The position numbers were made by a program, and so were the translations under genes. From Aliivibrio fischeri ES114 (GTDB lineage Bacteria; Pseudomonadota; Gammaproteobacteria; Enterobacterales; Vibrionaceae), in assembly GCF_000011805.1 (NCBI RefSeq), contig NC_006841.2: DNA of 32,000 bases. One strand, 5' to 3'. Below, piece after piece: positions 28,614-32,000 of the stretch. Numbering within the stretch: position 1 is the stretch's first letter; each line of letters starts with the position of its first letter. The notes beneath the pieces are model-generated. The model was given only the letters and a program-made list of their open reading frames with translations, made no database searches and was not told where the DNA came from.

Positions 28614-30134
28614 ATGAACTTAAAAAAACGTAACACCAAAAAGTTTGCACTCAATGCGTGCACGCTTGCTCTTGGTGCCACCTCTGCTGTAGCTCATGCT
28701 GCAGATAAACCAAACATTGTAGTTATCTTTGGTGACGATGTAGGCTACTGGAACATCAGTGCTTACAACCAAGATATGCTTGGTTATTCAACACCAAATA
28801 TCGACAGTATCGCAAAAGATGGTATTAAGTTTACTAACTTTTATGCGCAACAAAGTTCAACTGCTGGACGTTCAGCCTTTATTACAGGTCAAATGCCAAA
28901 ACGTACAGGCCTATCAAAAGTTGGGATGCCTGGCGCTCCTGAAGGCATCAGTGAAAAAGATCCAACAATAGCAACAATGCTAAAAGATCTTGGTTATGCC
29001 ACAGGCCAATTTGGTAAAAACCATCTAGGTGACCGAGACGAAATGCTTCCAACAAATCATGGTTTTGATGAGTTCTTCGGTAATTTATATCACTTAAATG
29101 CAGAAGAAGAACCAGAAAATGTCGATTATCCTAAAGATCCTGAATTCCGTAAGCAATACGGTCCTCGCGGAGTTATAAAATCTTCTGCCGATGGCAAGAT
29201 TGAAGATACTGGTCCATTAACTAAAAAACGTATGGAAACCATCGATGACGAAGTATTGGGCGTTGCTTCAACCTTCATTGAAAAACAAGTAAAAGCTGAC
29301 AAGCCATTCTTTACTTGGATTAACACCACTCGCATGCATAACAACACGCACATTGATGGTAAAGCTCGTGGCAAAACAGGGCTAGGTGATTATGCCGATG
29401 GCATGGTTCAACACGATGAACAAGTAGGTCAAATCCTAAAACAAATAAAAGATCTTGGTATTGAAGATAACACTATCGTTGTTTACACCACAGACAACGG
29501 CCCAATGATCGCAACATGGCCAGATGCAGCAATGACTCCTTTCCGTAGTGAAAAAAATACGGGTTGGGAAGGCGGCTTCCGTGTCCCTGCAATGGTTAAA
29601 TGGCCAAATCATATCCCTAAAGGAAAAAATATTAACGGCATGATGTCATTAGAAGACTGGATGCCTACGTTACTTGCAGCTGCAGGCAATGACCACGTTA
29701 AAAAAGATCTGTTAAAAGGCAAACGTGTACAAGGTAAAAACTATAACGTTCACCTAGATGGTTATAACCAATTACCAATGCTTACAGGTAAAACTGAAGA
29801 AAGTGCTCGTAAAGAGTTTGCTTATTGGAGTGATGATGGTGACTTACTTGCTATCCGTTACGAGCGTTGGAAATTCCATTTCATGATCCAAGAACATGAA
29901 ACAGGTCTAGATGTGTGGAGATACCCATTCACCAAGCTTCGTGTACCGCTGATTTTTGACTTAAAAGTTGATCCACTAGAGCGTGGTGATGGTGGTATGG
30001 GCTACGACAAATGGATGTATGACCGTTCGTACGTACTTGCATTAGCGAAGCGCGAAGCAGCCAAAATCTACAAATCTTTTGAAAAATTCCCGCCTCGTAT
30101 GAAAGCCGGTAGTTTTGTACCAAAAGAAGATTAA
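28614..30134 (+). CDS. Secreted arylsulfatase-type sulfatase, Ser-type formylglycine precursor
   Basis: Signal peptide; 'PNIVVIFGDDVGYWN'; 'QQSSTAGRSAFITGQMPKRTGL' active-site signature (S-T-A-G-R, Ser82). Confidence 0.94.
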   Translation: MNLKKRNTKKFALNACTLALGATSAVAHAADKPNIVVIFGDDVGYWNISAYNQDMLGYSTPNIDSIAKDGIKFTNFYAQQSSTAGRSAFITGQMPKRTGLSKVGMPGAPEGISEKDPTIATMLKDLGYATGQFGKNHLGDRDEMLPTNHGFDEFFGNLYHLNAEEEPENVDYPKDPEFRKQYGPRGVIKSSADGKIEDTGPLTKKRMETIDDEVLGVASTFIEKQVKADKPFFTWINTTRMHNNTHIDGKARGKTGLGDYADGMVQHDEQVGQILKQIKDLGIEDNTIVVYTTDNGPMIATWPDAAMTPFRSEKNTGWEGGFRVPAMVKWPNHIPKGKNINGMMSLEDWMPTLLAAAGNDHVKKDLLKGKRVQGKNYNVHLDGYNQLPMLTGKTEESARKEFAYWSDDGDLLAIRYERWKFHFMIQEHETGLDVWRYPFTKLRVPLIFDLKVDPLERGDGGMGYDKWMYDRSYVLALAKREAAKIYKSFEKFPPRMKAGSFVPKED

Positions 30135-30154
30135 TCCACTCTAATTAACAATTC

Positions 30155-30180
30155 ATAGTGGCTCCAAATAGAGCCACTAT
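30155..30180 (+). terminator. Terminator-like hairpin between sulfatase and maturase
   Basis: ATAGTGGCTC-CAAATA-GAGCCACTAT perfect 10 bp stem followed by TTTT. Confidence 0.6.
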
Positions 30181-30199
30181 TTTAAAAATAAGTGATCTT

Positions 30200-31495
30200 A
30201 TGCCACACAACTCAGTCAAACATTCAACACGTTTAGATGTTATCCCACTAAAAACTGCAGAAAAGCACCCCAACTCCCAACGTCGTTTTCATGTTATGTC
30301 TAAACCTGGCGGTTCAAAATGTAATCTTGATTGCCAATATTGTTTTTATCTTCACAAAGACGAATTACTCCATCAACCAAAGCAACCAATGATGGATGAC
30401 ACCACGTTAGAAGCCTTCATTAAAAGCTATATTGAGAGTCAAGATGGTCATGAAATTGTCTTTTCTTGGCAAGGAGGAGAACCCACTCTGCTGGGTTTAG
30501 ACTACTTCAAAAAAATCGTTCAGTTACAAAATAAATACCGTCCAAGCGGAGTGAAAATCGAAAACGATTTGCAAACTAACGGTATTTTACTAAATGACGA
30601 ATGGTGCCAATTTTTAAAAGACAATGGATTTCTTGTTGGCCTATCAATTGATGGCCCTAAAGAATTACATGATAAGTACCGTGTAACTCGAAGCGGAAAA
30701 CCGACTTTTAACCTGGTTATGGCAGCCGCAAAACGCTTACAAGAACACCATGTACCTTTTAATTCCCTTGTTGTGGTAAACCGCCACAACGCTAAACATC
30801 CACTAGATGTTTATCGATTCTTAACGAAAGAGCTCGGTGCAACCTATATCCAGTTTACCCCTTGCGTTGAGGCAAAGGACTTTACCACCACAGCTCCTCA
30901 ATTTTGGAATGAAACCATGATACCAAACAAAGGGAGTGAATTGGCAAAACCGGGACACCCCATGTCTATTGTTACTGATTGGTCGGTTGACCCTGATGAT
31001 TGGGGGAACTTCTTAAATACAGTATTTGTTGAATGGGTAAATAACGACTTAGGGCGTGTATTGGTGAACCTATTTGAAACAGCAGTAGCTCAAGTGATGG
31101 GGAAAGAATCTCAATTATGTGTGACTGCTGAGTTCTGCGGTAAAGGTCTAGCAATGGAACACAATGGTGATGTATTCAGCTGTGATCACTACGTCTATCC
31201 AGAATATAAACTCGGAAATATTCACGACCGGGGTTTAAACGAATTTGCTTTTTCTATTCGCCAACATGGTTTCGGAATGGCAAAGCGAGACAGCCTTCCC
31301 TCTTACTGTAAATCATGCCCACATTTAAAATTATGTTGGGGAGAATGCCCTAAAAATAGATTAATTAATACTCCAAATGGTGAACCAGGATTGAATTACC
31401 TCTGCAGTGGTATTCGTGCCTTTTTTGATGAAAGCCTTCCCATGCTTACAGGGTTATCTGTATTGCTACAGCGACAAGAAAACACACAAAAATAA
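30200..31495 (+). CDS. Anaerobic sulfatase-maturating enzyme (radical SAM/SPASM)
   Basis: 'CNLDCQYCFYLHK' CxxxCxxC motif, 'SWQGGEPTLLG', C-terminal Cys-rich 'YCKSCPHLKLCWGECPKNR'. Start chosen at ATG 30200. Confidence 0.95.
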   Translation: MPHNSVKHSTRLDVIPLKTAEKHPNSQRRFHVMSKPGGSKCNLDCQYCFYLHKDELLHQPKQPMMDDTTLEAFIKSYIESQDGHEIVFSWQGGEPTLLGLDYFKKIVQLQNKYRPSGVKIENDLQTNGILLNDEWCQFLKDNGFLVGLSIDGPKELHDKYRVTRSGKPTFNLVMAAAKRLQEHHVPFNSLVVVNRHNAKHPLDVYRFLTKELGATYIQFTPCVEAKDFTTTAPQFWNETMIPNKGSELAKPGHPMSIVTDWSVDPDDWGNFLNTVFVEWVNNDLGRVLVNLFETAVAQVMGKESQLCVTAEFCGKGLAMEHNGDVFSCDHYVYPEYKLGNIHDRGLNEFAFSIRQHGFGMAKRDSLPSYCKSCPHLKLCWGECPKNRLINTPNGEPGLNYLCSGIRAFFDESLPMLTGLSVLLQRQENTQK

Positions 31496-31524
31496 CAATA
31501 CATTTATATTATTTTGGAGTCATT

Positions 31525-32000
31525 ATGCATAACCCTCAAACTGCCGTCACTGAATTATTCGAGCACGTAAATCGTTCAGTTATCGGTCAACCTCATGTGG
31601 TTAAATCCCTAATAATCGGATTATTAACCAATGGTCACGTTTTACTTGAAGGGCTACCAGGTACCGCAAAAACACGTTCTATTAAAGCACTAGCCGAAGC
31701 GTTGGATGTCTCTTTTGGCCGTATTCAATTTACTCCAGACCTACTTCCTTCTGATGTAACAGGAACAGAAGTATACCAAGAAATTAGTGGCAGACCTCAG
31801 CTTCATTTTCAAGCTGGTCCTATTTTCAACAGTATTGTATTAGCAGATGAAATAAACCGTGCCCCTGCAAAAGTTCAAGCCGCACTTCTCGAAGCAATGG
31901 CTGAGGGCACAATTACCATTAGTGATAGTACTCATGACTTACCAGAACTGTTTATGGTATTAGCCACTCAAAACCCAGTGGAGCAAGAAGGTACTTATCC
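31525..32000 (+). CDS. MoxR-family AAA+ ATPase (truncated by window end)
   Basis: Manual translation: 'MHNPQTAVTELFEHVNRSVIGQPHVVKSLIIGLLTNGHVLLEGLPGTAKTRSIKALAEAL...VLADEINRAPAKVQAALLEAMAEG...VLATQNPVEQEGTYP'; Walker A and B typical of MoxR. Confidence 0.93.
   Translation, partial: MHNPQTAVTELFEHVNRSVIGQPHVVKSLIIGLLTNGHVLLEGLPGTAKTRSIKALAEALDVSFGRIQFTPDLLPSDVTGTEVYQEISGRPQLHFQAGPIFNSIVLADEINRAPAKVQAALLEAMAEGTITISDSTHDLPELFMVLATQNPVEQEGTY

Noticed and set aside
1-32000. Search for CRISPR arrays, phage/IS elements, tRNA/rRNA and defence systems
   Set aside because: No regularly spaced repeats, transposase/integrase ORFs, recognisable RNA genes or known defence domains were seen.

Overview
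The window looks like Vibrionaceae (probably Aliivibrio-like) chromosomal DNA; the taxonomy is inferred from gene content and AT-richness. Its core is a complete E. coli-type (bcsE/F/G-containing) cellulose synthesis locus. bcsR-bcsQ-bcsA-bcsB-bcsZ-bcsC lies on the minus strand (13.5 to 2.7 kb) and bcsE-bcsF-bcsG lies divergently on the plus strand (13.8 to 17.2 kb). Flanking it are an EAL-domain gene with a degenerate GGDEF-like N-terminus and an AraC-type regulator. Further right are: two overlapping thiol peroxidase genes behind a 17+17 bp palindrome that overlaps a predicted promoter; a chemoreceptor with no periplasmic domain; a YhcH/YjgK/YiaL protein; an AraC/OruR-like regulator; a BIG2-repeat lipoprotein; a small membrane protein plus HlyD-like gene pair; and a LysR gene divergent from an outer-membrane protein, Ser-type sulfatase, anaerobic sulfatase-maturating enzyme and MoxR ATPase cluster (the last truncated by the window end). 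No RNA genes, CRISPR arrays or convincing mobile elements were found. I did not find a clearly novel multi-gene system. The most notable observations are a BcsR-like ORF with no ATG/GTG/TTG start, the tandem Tpx pair whose exported member lacks the resolving cysteine, the perfect palindrome upstream of that pair, and a terminator-like hairpin between the sulfatase and its maturase.
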